Shown here piece after piece: positions 27,952 to 37,231 of a stretch of DNA of 64,000 nucleotides. The DNA comes from Alphaproteobacteria bacterium UBA6376 (GTDB lineage: Bacteria > Pseudomonadota > Alphaproteobacteria > Rs-D84). The notes under the pieces are model-generated. The model did no database searches. It was not told where the DNA came from and saw nothing but the letters and a program-made list of their open reading frames with translations. The stretch is from positions 65,304-129,303 of the forward strand of contig DJQW01000001.1 in NCBI GenBank assembly GCA_002437665.1. The letters run 5' to 3'. Numbering within the stretch: position 1 is the first letter of the stretch; each line of letters begins with the position of its first letter. A program made the position numbers and the translations under genes.

Positions 27952-29529
27952 ATGTTTATGAACAGATTTTTTGGCTTTTGTACGCTGGGATTGATTCTGG
28001 CGGGATGCAGTGGTGATTACACAAGTCGCGATTGGTCAACCGATTACGGCACGGACGTGGCTGGCGCACCATCACAGATGCAATACGGCGGATTTTCAGA
28101 CAACGCAACCGATAATCACCGCGTGGCGGTACTGTTACCATTGTCGGGCGAAAACGCGGCAACGGGCCGTGCAATCCGCACATCTATTGAAATCGCCACA
28201 CTGCAAAGCGCACCCCAGAGTATGTCTGTCGCATTCTATGACACCGCACGCGATGGCGCAATTTCAGAGGCATTGATGGAAAGTCCCGAAATCGTAATCG
28301 GGCCGGTCTTTGCGGGCGACGCGCGCATTGTTCGTGCAACAAAACCAATGGAAATGCCGGTCTTGTCATTTACATCGGACGCAACCGCATTGGGCGACGG
28401 CGTTATGACAATGAACCTGATGCCCACAAACAGTGTAGAGGCGATTGCCACCGAAATGTCAGCGGACGGCATCAAGAAATTTATTATCTTGGCCCCCGAT
28501 ACGGCGTCCGGTCGCCTGATGGCGGGCACGGCAAAGAATGCCGCATCAATTTATAATATGGATTTGATTGGCATATTCTATTACACATCCGGTAATTCTG
28601 ATTCAATCAAAGACGCAGCGGCCGCCGCATCTATGAACGCGGCACGCACCGCGGCAAACACACGCGCGCGCGAAATCTTGTCTGATATCTTGACACGCGA
28701 ACGCCTGACCGCGATTGAAAAATCATCATTGGAAATTCAACTGGAAAAGATATCAAAGTCCGACACACTGGGCACAATTCCATACGATGGTATTTTGTTC
28801 CTTGGGGGTGCGGCCGATACAACCAGTATCGCATCATTCTTGCGCTATTATGGTGTTGCAGCGCGCGATGCACGCATGTATGGCACGGCCATGTGGGACG
28901 GTTCAAACATTACATCTGATATAACAATGTCGGGCGCAAAATTCGCCGCATTGCCAGAAATGTCTGCAACATTCACAGATGTATATTCACGCGTTGCGGG
29001 TAACGCCCCATCGCACTTGGCGGCATTTGGTTACGACGCCGCAAATTTGGCCATGGGAATGATGTATTCACAGAAATCCAATGCGGCATACCTGCTTGAC
29101 CCCAGTGGTTATGTCGGCACAGACGGCCTGTTCCGTCTGATGCCAAATGGCGACAGCCAACGCGCATTGCGCATCATGCAATTAAACGGCACAGGCGATG
29201 CAACGGTTGTGCGCGCCGCACCACAAAACTTTATTCGTCCAATATATAATATTGAACAGCGTCACATCGCGCCTGCCGCCGCGATGGCATTGGAATCAGA
29301 CGGCATAAATCCAATGGATTATATTCGCATCCCAGAACGCCTGCGCGGCACATATAAATCAAAAACATTTGGTGCAAATATTACGCACCCTGCCGCGCCC
29401 GTACAGCAGGAAAATATAACCGTCCTGCCCGAAGATGACAGCGAACCCATCGCCGCCACGGATTACGAACCAGTAAAACTGGAATCCGTTGACCGCACGT
29501 ATATCGACAGTGTGGAAATATCAGAATAA
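27952..29529 (+). CDS. periplasmic-binding-protein-like lipoprotein (LpoA/LppC-like penicillin-binding protein activator family)
   Basis: Lipoprotein signal ..LAGCSG. VAVLLPLSGENAATGRAIRTSIEIA is typical of the type-1 periplasmic binding fold seen in LpoA. Confidence 0.5.
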   Translation: MFMNRFFGFCTLGLILAGCSGDYTSRDWSTDYGTDVAGAPSQMQYGGFSDNATDNHRVAVLLPLSGENAATGRAIRTSIEIATLQSAPQSMSVAFYDTARDGAISEALMESPEIVIGPVFAGDARIVRATKPMEMPVLSFTSDATALGDGVMTMNLMPTNSVEAIATEMSADGIKKFIILAPDTASGRLMAGTAKNAASIYNMDLIGIFYYTSGNSDSIKDAAAAASMNAARTAANTRAREILSDILTRERLTAIEKSSLEIQLEKISKSDTLGTIPYDGILFLGGAADTTSIASFLRYYGVAARDARMYGTAMWDGSNITSDITMSGAKFAALPEMSATFTDVYSRVAGNAPSHLAAFGYDAANLAMGMMYSQKSNAAYLLDPSGYVGTDGLFRLMPNGDSQRALRIMQLNGTGDATVVRAAPQNFIRPIYNIEQRHIAPAAAMALESDGINPMDYIRIPERLRGTYKSKTFGANITHPAAPVQQENITVLPEDDSEPIAATDYEPVKLESVDRTYIDSVEISE

Positions 29530-29533
29530 AATC

Positions 29534-29556
29534 GCCCGCCAAATGGCGGGTATTTT
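29534..29556 (+). terminator. rho-independent terminator after the LpoA-like gene
   Basis: cccgcc-aaat-ggcggg hairpin plus tatttt. It abuts the left direct repeat of the island. Confidence 0.55.
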
Positions 29557-29719
29557 AGTGGTGGGAGTGGCTGATTCCCTCGCCCACACGGGGGCGTGGG
29601 ACTGCGGGGCATTCGTATGTTGTGTTCCGCGGCGCACACACCGCGCCACACAACAACTCATAGTCGAACCGGCAATCAAATGATTGCGTGCTTCCAATTC
29701 AACACCACATATCACCAAA

Positions 29720-29752
29720 ATAAAAACACCCGCGCGTCGGGTGTTTTTATTT
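29720..29752. terminator. bidirectional terminator inside the island's left arm
   Basis: acacccgcgcgtcgggtgt hairpin flanked by A and T runs. Confidence 0.5.
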
Positions 29753-30341
29753 TGGTGGGGCGCACTTTACTCACGATATTCAGACATACAAAATCTCCTA
29801 CCAAGAATTACCCCAGAACAGGGATTATCAGGGAATTTTTATAAAAAACGTCATATAAAGGCCCAACTAATACAACTTATGGTTGTATTACACCCACAAA
29901 AACCAACAAAATTTCCAAAAATTCCCTATACAACAAAACAGGGAATTATTTTCTTAATATCAGGGATATCTTTTGTCATTTTCCTATATTAACAGACCTA
30001 CCTGAACACATAAACTTTAAGGACGCTTTATAAGAAGGGAAGTGAAGCATTTTTCATGGCTGTGCCACGAGTAAACTTTCATTTTCCCTTATATATAGAG
30101 GTCCCTAAAAAATTTTAGGACCGATAAAAAACTTATAAGGAGTGTTTTATGAACAACTTAAACATACAAAACATAGAAATCGCCCGGATACGAGAATACT
30201 AAAACAACCCAAATTCGCATACCTCTAGTTCGCCTAGGATATTTTTACACTAAAAACATCTTTTTTTATTATCTACACAACTCATGCACCTTGGGTTTTA
30301 ATTTCCGCAAAACATTACATCTCATTAAAAATGATACATTT

Positions 30342-33300
30342 TCATTTTAAAGACGCTATAAATCTTTTCAACTTCATTACTTCTTTATCTTTTTCTTCAA
30401 ACCAATTCGTTGACCAGATTCTATAAAACTCAAACCCAAAATGATTTTCTATCCATTTTTGCCTATGCATATCTGCTGCATATGCCTGATCTGTATTATG
30501 ATATGCCTTCCCATCGCACTCTAAAGCTACTTTATGACCGTTTACTTCTAACATAAAATCAAGTCTATACCCACCAACAGGATATTGTAAATGTATGTGT
30601 TTTTTATCTATAAATTTAAGTAATTCATTATATACTTCTTCTTCAAAAACAGATTCAGTAAGTCCCTCCATTGTTGGTTGCGACGAATCTTCAACAATCG
30701 TTGTTGTGCCACTTCTCCGTATATCGTAGCTATACTTACACAATTGACTTAATATATCTTCCACAGTTGCTTTATCACCATCAGAAACGGCTTTTGCATA
30801 TGCAATATAAGCATAAAATATGGCTGCCCTATTATTTTCATGCGACCTGTCTAACAGTTCCTTGTATGTTGAATATGCCTTTTTTGGAATGGACGTTACA
30901 ACATACAGTTTACTTTTTGCTCTTGTTATCAAAACATTTAACAATTTGTATCCATTATCTGTCAATATAGATCCAAAACGTTGATAAAACTTTCCTGATT
31001 CATCTGGCCCAAATGTAGTAGATATTATAATGATATCCTTTTCATCGCCCTGAATATTTTCTAGATTTTTAACAAAAAGCCCCGCTTGTTGCAATTTTTC
31101 AAATCTATCTTTAAAAGCTTCATCTTTATATGATGTTTCATATAACAATGTTTTTATACAATTTCTCTGATGTATATTAAATGTTGCTATTCCAACAGAT
31201 GGCATTGTGCCATCCGAATTCGGTTTTATTTCATTAAGGATAGAAATAACCTCTACTGCTTCTTTTGGATTAATGTTGCTTGCTTTTCCGGAACTATAAA
31301 TACCACTTACTTCTCTTATTTCTATTGGGTTATAATCTTTTCCAACGACTGGCAAAGGACACAAATTACCACCATAAAATGCAGCATTAGAAAAGTTGAT
31401 TAAAGCAGGATGCTTTGAACGATAATGAAAATCTAAATATGACATATTTTTATATTTTAAATTTTCTGCAAATACCAACAAGGATTCTGCATCAAGTTGT
31501 GCATTTACAAGCATATTTCCGTCTGTATTACCACCATTATTCCCGTCTAAACCAGTTTGGAAATAATTAGAAGGCGGCATTTGGTGTTGATCTCCAGCAA
31601 TTATTTTATACTTTCCTCTTATCATTGCCGTATAAACATCTTCTATTCTTAATTGACTGGCTTCGTCAAAAATAACCAAATCAAAAGACCCCTGCTCCAA
31701 TTTAAACAATGTATTAGCTACAATTGGATTTACTAAAATAACAGGGAAAATTGTCGTAAAAGAAGCAAAATCTTTATCAATAATCTGTTTTAGAGATAAC
31801 CTTTTCCCAAATTTTTGATTTTTCTTTAATGCAAATAATGCTTTAAAACCATATTTGTCATCTAACCTTGTCATTGCATTTTGTATTCTTTCGTCCCACA
31901 TACTAAATGTACGCTTCAAATTCTGCTTTTCTAAATCACTATAAATACTCTTTAACAAATTCAAATTCGTGTCGTTTTTATGAAATCTTATCTTTGTTTT
32001 TGATTCAAAATCCAACAACATATAATAATAATATGAAGCAAGAAATGTATTTTCCCAATTATCAACATTGACTGTTTCTAAGATGTCCATCAAGCTTCGA
32101 TTGGCTTTTTCAAACTTTACCCATGTGTTATAATCTTCAATTTTATCCATATTGTCTTTCAAATCAAACAAAGATGACAACACGTTATTAAACATTAATT
32201 TACACTCTTTAATATCAGAAAAATGTTGTAAATCGTCATTAATTAACGGGAACTGTTTAACAATATCGTGCTTTAAAGAATCTATACGATTTTTACAATC
32301 AATTATATTTTTATACTCATTTTTATGCTCCGCAAACGTCAAATTGCATTCAACTAACGCCTTATATGCTCCATCTAAATTTTTATATATTTTGCTTTGC
32401 TGAGACCTTACTTTTTTCTCTAAAATAGACATATCTTTTAATAACGTTTTTAAATCGATGTATTCTTTCCATTTTCCTAATTTGTTATCCAGTTCTTGAT
32501 ATTTGTTATATTGAGAAACATTTGACTGCACAGAAGCCAACAACCGTTTGATGGTTATTAAAATATCATATGCCTCAGAAACATTCTTAGAAAACAATCT
32601 ATTAAATATACCAAATTTCCCTATATCAAAATTCTCTCCCAACAAATCATTACCTTGCTTATATTTTTCCTTTATCAAGGTAATATTGTCTAAAATATTA
32701 CTTAAAAGTTGTGTTTTTTCAACAGCCGTATCATCAAAATCTATTTCAACATCAAGAGATTCTGCCTTTTCATTAAATGCACTAAATAATACATTTAAAG
32801 CTTCTATCTCATTTGGCGTTAATTCATTTTTATATAACTTTTTTATATCCTTATAAATTGGCTCTATTGACTCAAGATACGCTATCTTTTCTTCAATACA
32901 CTCTTTATTAGAAACTATTGATACGTCATTACATTCAAAATTAGATTTTTTCACATATGCATCGAACTCTTCTATAAAAGATATCGAATCGTTTAATTTT
33001 TTCTCTATTTCCTTCTTTTGCTTTATGTTTATCACATCCGCGAAATCATCAAAATCTATATATTTAAAATACGAACTATTCGTATCTTTTATATAGGAAA
33101 ACAGTAATGCTCCCTTTTTGATAATATTTAAATATTCATTTAAAGCATCTTCAGTAAACGTAAACTTAAAGTTTCCAAAATCATTCTTAGTTGATTCAAA
33201 TTCTGGATTTTTAGAAAATCTCAAATACTCACCGACTAAATCTTTCCAATTTTTCCCAGCAAAAATAGGCTTACTAGACTCTTTATACGATGCGTTAACA

Positions 33301-34631
33301 GAATCTCTAAGCTCTATAAATTGGTTATATTTTTGTTCAAAAACCCCTTCATCAAAGCCATACAAATTATGAGAATAACCATCCCCATCATATATTCTAC
33401 GTGCCTTTTCAACAATGCTTTTTCTGTCTTTTACAACATCGTCTATTACTGCACAAAAACAATCTAATTTTTTAGATTCTAAATTTTTTACAAGAACATC
33501 CAATGCTGTTTTCTTCTCGCAAACAACCAATGTCTTTGCGCCATTCGCCAACGCATTTGAAATAATTGCAGAAATAGCCTGAGATTTACCAGTTCCCGGA
33601 GGCCCTTGAATAATTTTGAACTCATCAGAATTTAATGTATCTATTATTTCTCTTTGGCTTGGGTCAACTTCAAAAGAGGTAGTTGTGCTAGTCTGAAATG
33701 GCTCAATAGTCAATTCTTCTGAATTAAATTTATCTACATTTTCTAATAATTCTCTTGTTGCTTCGATTATAGGCTCCTTTTGCGACCTAAACAATCCAAA
33801 CACACCGCTCCACTGAACCCAAGCGGTTCCACTAGTTATTTTTTCTACCTTCTCTTTATTTTCTGGACACTTTTGTAAAGAAATATTAGTTATGTCTTCT
33901 TTGATTCCTAAACCTTTATTAAGGTTATTAACATAAGCTATTATCTCATCTTCAGACAAAACCCCGTCATCCAATTCATCATTTGTTAATTTTGGTAATA
34001 CTACTTTTTCATCATTTTCTATATGCGATACCAATAATTCATTAACTTTGATAGGACTATCTTCCGTTTTTGATATAAACCACTCATTTCTTCTGTTTGA
34101 TTTTTCTATATCCAAAGACCATATAAATATTGGAGCTATGATTATTTTTTTAGGGTCTTTCTTATCCGGCTTTACTAACAGAGGATATCCAAAACCAAAA
34201 TTCTTTAAACCTGTTTCCAGATACATGTCTTCGTTATCTGCGACGATATTGTCTAACTTTCTAGAAACGTCAAACAATTTGCTCTTTTCATCTTCTGACA
34301 TTTTAGTCTGGGATTTTTCATCCCACGATATAGAAAATTTAAATTTCGGTTTTGTCAAAAGGCTTTCCAAAAAACTACCAGCAAGAGTGCTACTTTTGTT
34401 TTCTTCACCAACAGACAAATCAAACAAATCCAATCTTGTATGATTTCTACCAGGTATAGCATTAAGATGGATTGACCTACCATTTCCAACAGTTAACTTA
34501 CTAAGAAGTTTTTCTAAAAAAAACTTGTCAAATTTAATTTGTGATACAATACTCGCGCCTACCTTTTTGACATTTCTCTTTGGTGTATCAACATATTCTC
34601 TATTTGAAGGTTTTAAAAAAGTAAACGCCAT
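30342..34631 (-). CDS. DUF4011-like / Upf1-like SF1 helicase (AAA_11+AAA_12) / C-terminal DUF559 (Vsr-like PD-(D/E)XK) endonuclease fusion protein
   Basis: 1429 aa. Walker A IIQGPPGTGKSQAIS; motif II VIFDEASQL; motif III IIAGDQHQMPP; motifs V and VI QGDEKDIIIIST and LLNVLITRAKSKLYVV. C-terminus GYRLDFMLEVNGHKVALECDGKAYH (DUF559-like). N-terminal LKNFGFGYPLLVKP...IIAPIFIWSLDIEKS resembles DUF4011. Very AT-rich. Confidence 0.85.
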   Translation of the reverse strand: MAFTFLKPSNREYVDTPKRNVKKVGASIVSQIKFDKFFLEKLLSKLTVGNGRSIHLNAIPGRNHTRLDLFDLSVGEENKSSTLAGSFLESLLTKPKFKFSISWDEKSQTKMSEDEKSKLFDVSRKLDNIVADNEDMYLETGLKNFGFGYPLLVKPDKKDPKKIIIAPIFIWSLDIEKSNRRNEWFISKTEDSPIKVNELLVSHIENDEKVVLPKLTNDELDDGVLSEDEIIAYVNNLNKGLGIKEDITNISLQKCPENKEKVEKITSGTAWVQWSGVFGLFRSQKEPIIEATRELLENVDKFNSEELTIEPFQTSTTTSFEVDPSQREIIDTLNSDEFKIIQGPPGTGKSQAISAIISNALANGAKTLVVCEKKTALDVLVKNLESKKLDCFCAVIDDVVKDRKSIVEKARRIYDGDGYSHNLYGFDEGVFEQKYNQFIELRDSVNASYKESSKPIFAGKNWKDLVGEYLRFSKNPEFESTKNDFGNFKFTFTEDALNEYLNIIKKGALLFSYIKDTNSSYFKYIDFDDFADVINIKQKKEIEKKLNDSISFIEEFDAYVKKSNFECNDVSIVSNKECIEEKIAYLESIEPIYKDIKKLYKNELTPNEIEALNVLFSAFNEKAESLDVEIDFDDTAVEKTQLLSNILDNITLIKEKYKQGNDLLGENFDIGKFGIFNRLFSKNVSEAYDILITIKRLLASVQSNVSQYNKYQELDNKLGKWKEYIDLKTLLKDMSILEKKVRSQQSKIYKNLDGAYKALVECNLTFAEHKNEYKNIIDCKNRIDSLKHDIVKQFPLINDDLQHFSDIKECKLMFNNVLSSLFDLKDNMDKIEDYNTWVKFEKANRSLMDILETVNVDNWENTFLASYYYYMLLDFESKTKIRFHKNDTNLNLLKSIYSDLEKQNLKRTFSMWDERIQNAMTRLDDKYGFKALFALKKNQKFGKRLSLKQIIDKDFASFTTIFPVILVNPIVANTLFKLEQGSFDLVIFDEASQLRIEDVYTAMIRGKYKIIAGDQHQMPPSNYFQTGLDGNNGGNTDGNMLVNAQLDAESLLVFAENLKYKNMSYLDFHYRSKHPALINFSNAAFYGGNLCPLPVVGKDYNPIEIREVSGIYSSGKASNINPKEAVEVISILNEIKPNSDGTMPSVGIATFNIHQRNCIKTLLYETSYKDEAFKDRFEKLQQAGLFVKNLENIQGDEKDIIIISTTFGPDESGKFYQRFGSILTDNGYKLLNVLITRAKSKLYVVTSIPKKAYSTYKELLDRSHENNRAAIFYAYIAYAKAVSDGDKATVEDILSQLCKYSYDIRRSGTTTIVEDSSQPTMEGLTESVFEEEVYNELLKFIDKKHIHLQYPVGGYRLDFMLEVNGHKVALECDGKAYHNTDQAYAADMHRQKWIENHFGFEFYRIWSTNWFEEKDKEVMKLKRFIASLK

Positions 34632-34775
34632 TGATGTTTCTCGCTCTATTTTGCGATGTGAATGGTATCATATATACATACAAATCTCAATATTTTTATA
34701 TTATATACCGTCTTTATTAACTTGACTTCTTGCTTCTTTAGAGCGGTAATTGGACGACATTACAAAGGAGTACAT

Positions 34776-35219
34776 ATGTCAAGTTTCACAAAACTGCCGC
34801 AGAGTTTGGTAGAGTTAAAACGCCTGCCATTTGCTGACCGACAGCGATTATGGGCAAAATACTCGCCCCACCCATTTCGCCGGCAAAATACAGCACTGTG
34901 GTATTACATGCAATGCGACCGATTAAAACTGCGAATATTGCCAAAACATATGGTAAAAATTCGCAAATATATGAACAATCCTGACGCTTGTTTAACCCAT
35001 GTTTATCGTAATAAATATAACCTGGGGTCTGGCACGATCATTACCAAAATATTTCGTGGAAAACAACATATCATAACGGTCGGCGACAATAATGTATTCG
35101 CGTATAACGGGAAATCATACCACAGTTTATCCGGCATAGCACGCGAAATTACCGGAATTAAAATATCTGGTCCAGACTTCTTTGGACTAACCCCAGGGAA
35201 TAAAAATGTCAATCAATAA
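34776..35219 (+). CDS. DUF2924 family protein (recombinase-associated)
   Basis: C-terminus LGSGTIITKIFRGKQHIITVGDNNVFAYNGKSYHSLSGIAREITGIKISGPDFFGL matches the DUF2924 hallmark (SLSAIA..ITGT.WNGP.FFGL). aaaggag RBS. Its stop overlaps the recombinase start by 14 nt. Confidence 0.75.
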   Translation: MSSFTKLPQSLVELKRLPFADRQRLWAKYSPHPFRRQNTALWYYMQCDRLKLRILPKHMVKIRKYMNNPDACLTHVYRNKYNLGSGTIITKIFRGKQHIITVGDNNVFAYNGKSYHSLSGIAREITGIKISGPDFFGLTPGNKNVNQ

Positions 35220-36795
35220 GTGCGCGATTTATGTTAGAAAATCCACAGAACACGGGTTAGACATGGAATTTAACTCCCTGCAAAACCAGGAAGAATCATG
35301 CCTGGCATATATCGCGTCACAATCATTTAACGGATGGAAATACTGCAAAACATATACCGATGCGGCGATATCTGGCGGAACCATGGAACGGCCCGCATTA
35401 AAACAAATGCTGGACGATATGGCACACGGTTTAATAAACACGGTTGTTGTGTACAAGGTTGATCGCCTGTCGCGTTCAATTCTGGATTTTCACAACATGA
35501 TGAAATATTTTGAAAAATATGGCGTAAATTTCGTGTCCATCACCCAGTCATTTGATACTTCCAATTCTATGGGGAAATTGACATTAAATATGTTGCTATC
35601 ATTCGCACAATTTGAACGCGAAGTGGCCGGTGAACGCGTACGAGACAAGATACGAGCCAGCAAAGCCAAAGGAATCTGGGTCGGCGGAAATCCACGCCTG
35701 GGATACGATATCATAAATAAAAAATTGGTTGTAAATAAAACTGAAGCAGGCACAGTAAAATTACTGTTTAACAAATACTTGGAACTGCAATCTGTCACCC
35801 TATTAAAGAAATTTGCGAACTCCAATAATATTCACAACAAACAGTGGACAACCAAAACTGGAAAGATCCGTGGCGGTCGACCATTTCAAAATCAAACCTT
35901 GTTAAACCTGTTGCACGATAAAATCTATATTGGAATTATGGAGTGTAAATCAGCAAAAACATCAGCACCAGGCGAACATACCGCCATTATCGCAACGGAA
36001 TTATTTAACCGCGTTCAAGCGGCACTGCGCAACAACACAAATGGCAAGATTGGGAATTCACACAACGCCCCCAACCTGCTGACCGGAAAATTATTTAATG
36101 ATGATGGCATAAAATTCACAAACCAACAGACGCGACAACAGAATAAACAAACCAAATATTATTATGCAATCCCTGGTTTATATATTCAGTCATCCCCAGT
36201 GGACGAAATTGTTATAAATATCATTGATGAATTTATGAATGCCAATCTGGAACGAATCCACAGCGATTTTGGCAACGCATTAAAACACATAGATTTTTCA
36301 AATTTACCATTTCCGACCAAGCGCGATTTTATCAGACGAATCTTACAAAAAGTCATTTATTCCGAAAACAGGCTGACGCTGTTTATTGACCAAAATGCAG
36401 ATATAAAGGAATTCATAAACACAGAATTTACAAACGAAAATCAAAACAAAATGGATTACGTCATTGGCGACAAAAGTATAATAGTAAGACGCGAATTCAT
36501 CATGCAACGATATAACAAACGAAATGATTATAACGCTGGGAAATCCGCCGCAATCAGCATAAGCGATAACAATCATCTGGTTGTGCGGGCATTTGCACGC
36601 GCATTTAAATATCGCAAAATGTATGAAGAATGCGGTGATTATAAATCAATCGCCAAAATGGAAAACACATCAGAAAGCAGTGTTTATCGTCACCTGAAAC
36701 TGGCCTATATGCACCCGGACACCGTCAATGCAATTATGTCCGGCACCATGCAATGCAGTGTGGATAAGTTATTCAATATTCAAAACAATCTATAA
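35206..36795 (+). CDS. large serine recombinase (resolvase/invertase N-terminal domain + recombinase domain)
   Basis: AIYVRKSTEHG... catalytic Ser context, ...VYKVDRLSRS..., FEREVAGERVRDK. 529 aa, a length typical of large serine recombinases. Confidence 0.9.
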   Translation: MSINKCAIYVRKSTEHGLDMEFNSLQNQEESCLAYIASQSFNGWKYCKTYTDAAISGGTMERPALKQMLDDMAHGLINTVVVYKVDRLSRSILDFHNMMKYFEKYGVNFVSITQSFDTSNSMGKLTLNMLLSFAQFEREVAGERVRDKIRASKAKGIWVGGNPRLGYDIINKKLVVNKTEAGTVKLLFNKYLELQSVTLLKKFANSNNIHNKQWTTKTGKIRGGRPFQNQTLLNLLHDKIYIGIMECKSAKTSAPGEHTAIIATELFNRVQAALRNNTNGKIGNSHNAPNLLTGKLFNDDGIKFTNQQTRQQNKQTKYYYAIPGLYIQSSPVDEIVINIIDEFMNANLERIHSDFGNALKHIDFSNLPFPTKRDFIRRILQKVIYSENRLTLFIDQNADIKEFINTEFTNENQNKMDYVIGDKSIIVRREFIMQRYNKRNDYNAGKSAAISISDNNHLVVRAFARAFKYRKMYEECGDYKSIAKMENTSESSVYRHLKLAYMHPDTVNAIMSGTMQCSVDKLFNIQNNL

Positions 36796-36906
36796 CAGAA
36801 TCTCCAGTTCCCGAAATGCCGATTGTATGTATATCGGTATTTTTGGGCTATTTCGCCATACATACAAAATATGTGCAGGCCGCACAATCGCCCAAATTCG
36901 GGCAAT

Positions 36907-36938
36907 AAAAACACCGACCACAACGGGTCGGTATTTTC
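36907..36938. terminator. terminator after the recombinase gene, abutting the tRNA-Tyr 3' end
   Basis: accgaccacaacgggtcggt hairpin plus atttt. Confidence 0.55.
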
Positions 36939-37025
36939 TGGTGGGAGTGGCTGGATTCGAACCAGCTCAGGCTTAAGCCAACAGATTTACAGTCTGCCCC
37001 GGCTCTCCAACTCCGGCGCACGCCC
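36939..37025 (-). tRNA. tRNA-Tyr (GTA), 87 nt with long variable arm; slightly non-canonical
   Basis: Minus-strand read: GGGCGTG-CG-CCGG-AGTTGGAGAG-CCGG-G-GCAGA-CTGTAAA-TCTGT-TGGCTTAAGCCTGA-GCTGG-TTCGAAT-CCAGC-CACTCCC-A-CCA. Anticodon GTA. One C:U mismatch in the acceptor stem and no U8. Confidence 0.6.
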
Positions 37026-37105
37026 AATCTCTGTTTGTCCGGCTTCGTTATTCTACGCCGCGACAATGAATTTTCAGCCCTTGCTTTCGCTGTGGTGAAA
37101 ATTCT

Positions 37106-37180
37106 TGGTGCGGGCAGCGGGAATCGAACCCGCATTTCAAGCTTGGAAGGCTTGCATACTAGCCTTTGTACTATGCCCGC
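37106..37180 (-). tRNA. tRNA-Gly (TCC)
   Basis: Minus-strand read: GCGGGCA-TA-...-CAAGC-CTTCCAA-GCTTG-AAAT-GCGGG-TTCGATT-CCCGC-TGCCCGC-A-CCA. Anticodon TCC. Confidence 0.85.
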
Positions 37181-37231
37181 AACAAATTAAAGCGTGCCTA
37201 TTATAAATCATATTTCAAAAAACGCAAGTGT

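Larger units (their letters stand above)
29551..36959. mobile_element. integrated genomic island at the 3' end of tRNA-Tyr, carrying DUF2924 + large serine recombinase + a giant helicase-nuclease
   Basis: Imperfect direct repeat tattttagtggtgggagtggctgattcc (29551-29578) versus tattttctggtgggagtggctggattcg (36932-36959). The right copy is the 3' end of tRNA-Tyr. The interior is strongly AT-rich compared with the flanks. A recombinase gene sits next to attR. Confidence 0.7.

Noticed and set aside
29684-29992. 102-aa ORF in the island's left arm
   Set aside because: Low-complexity translation of an AT-rich, probably non-coding region. No RBS or motifs.
30133-30200. Micro-ORF MNNLNIQNIEIARIREY with a perfect aaggag RBS
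   Set aside because: Too short to call. It may be a leader peptide or chance, and is noted only because of the strong RBS.
36939-37025. tmRNA acceptor piece (the tRNA-like 3' end ...GGTTCGAATCCAGCCACTCCCACCA could be the permuted ssrA of alphaproteobacteria)
   Set aside because: A complete anticodon arm (CTGTAAA loop, GTA anticodon) and a long variable arm are present. No tag-peptide reading frame or pseudoknots follow. It is better explained as tRNA-Tyr.
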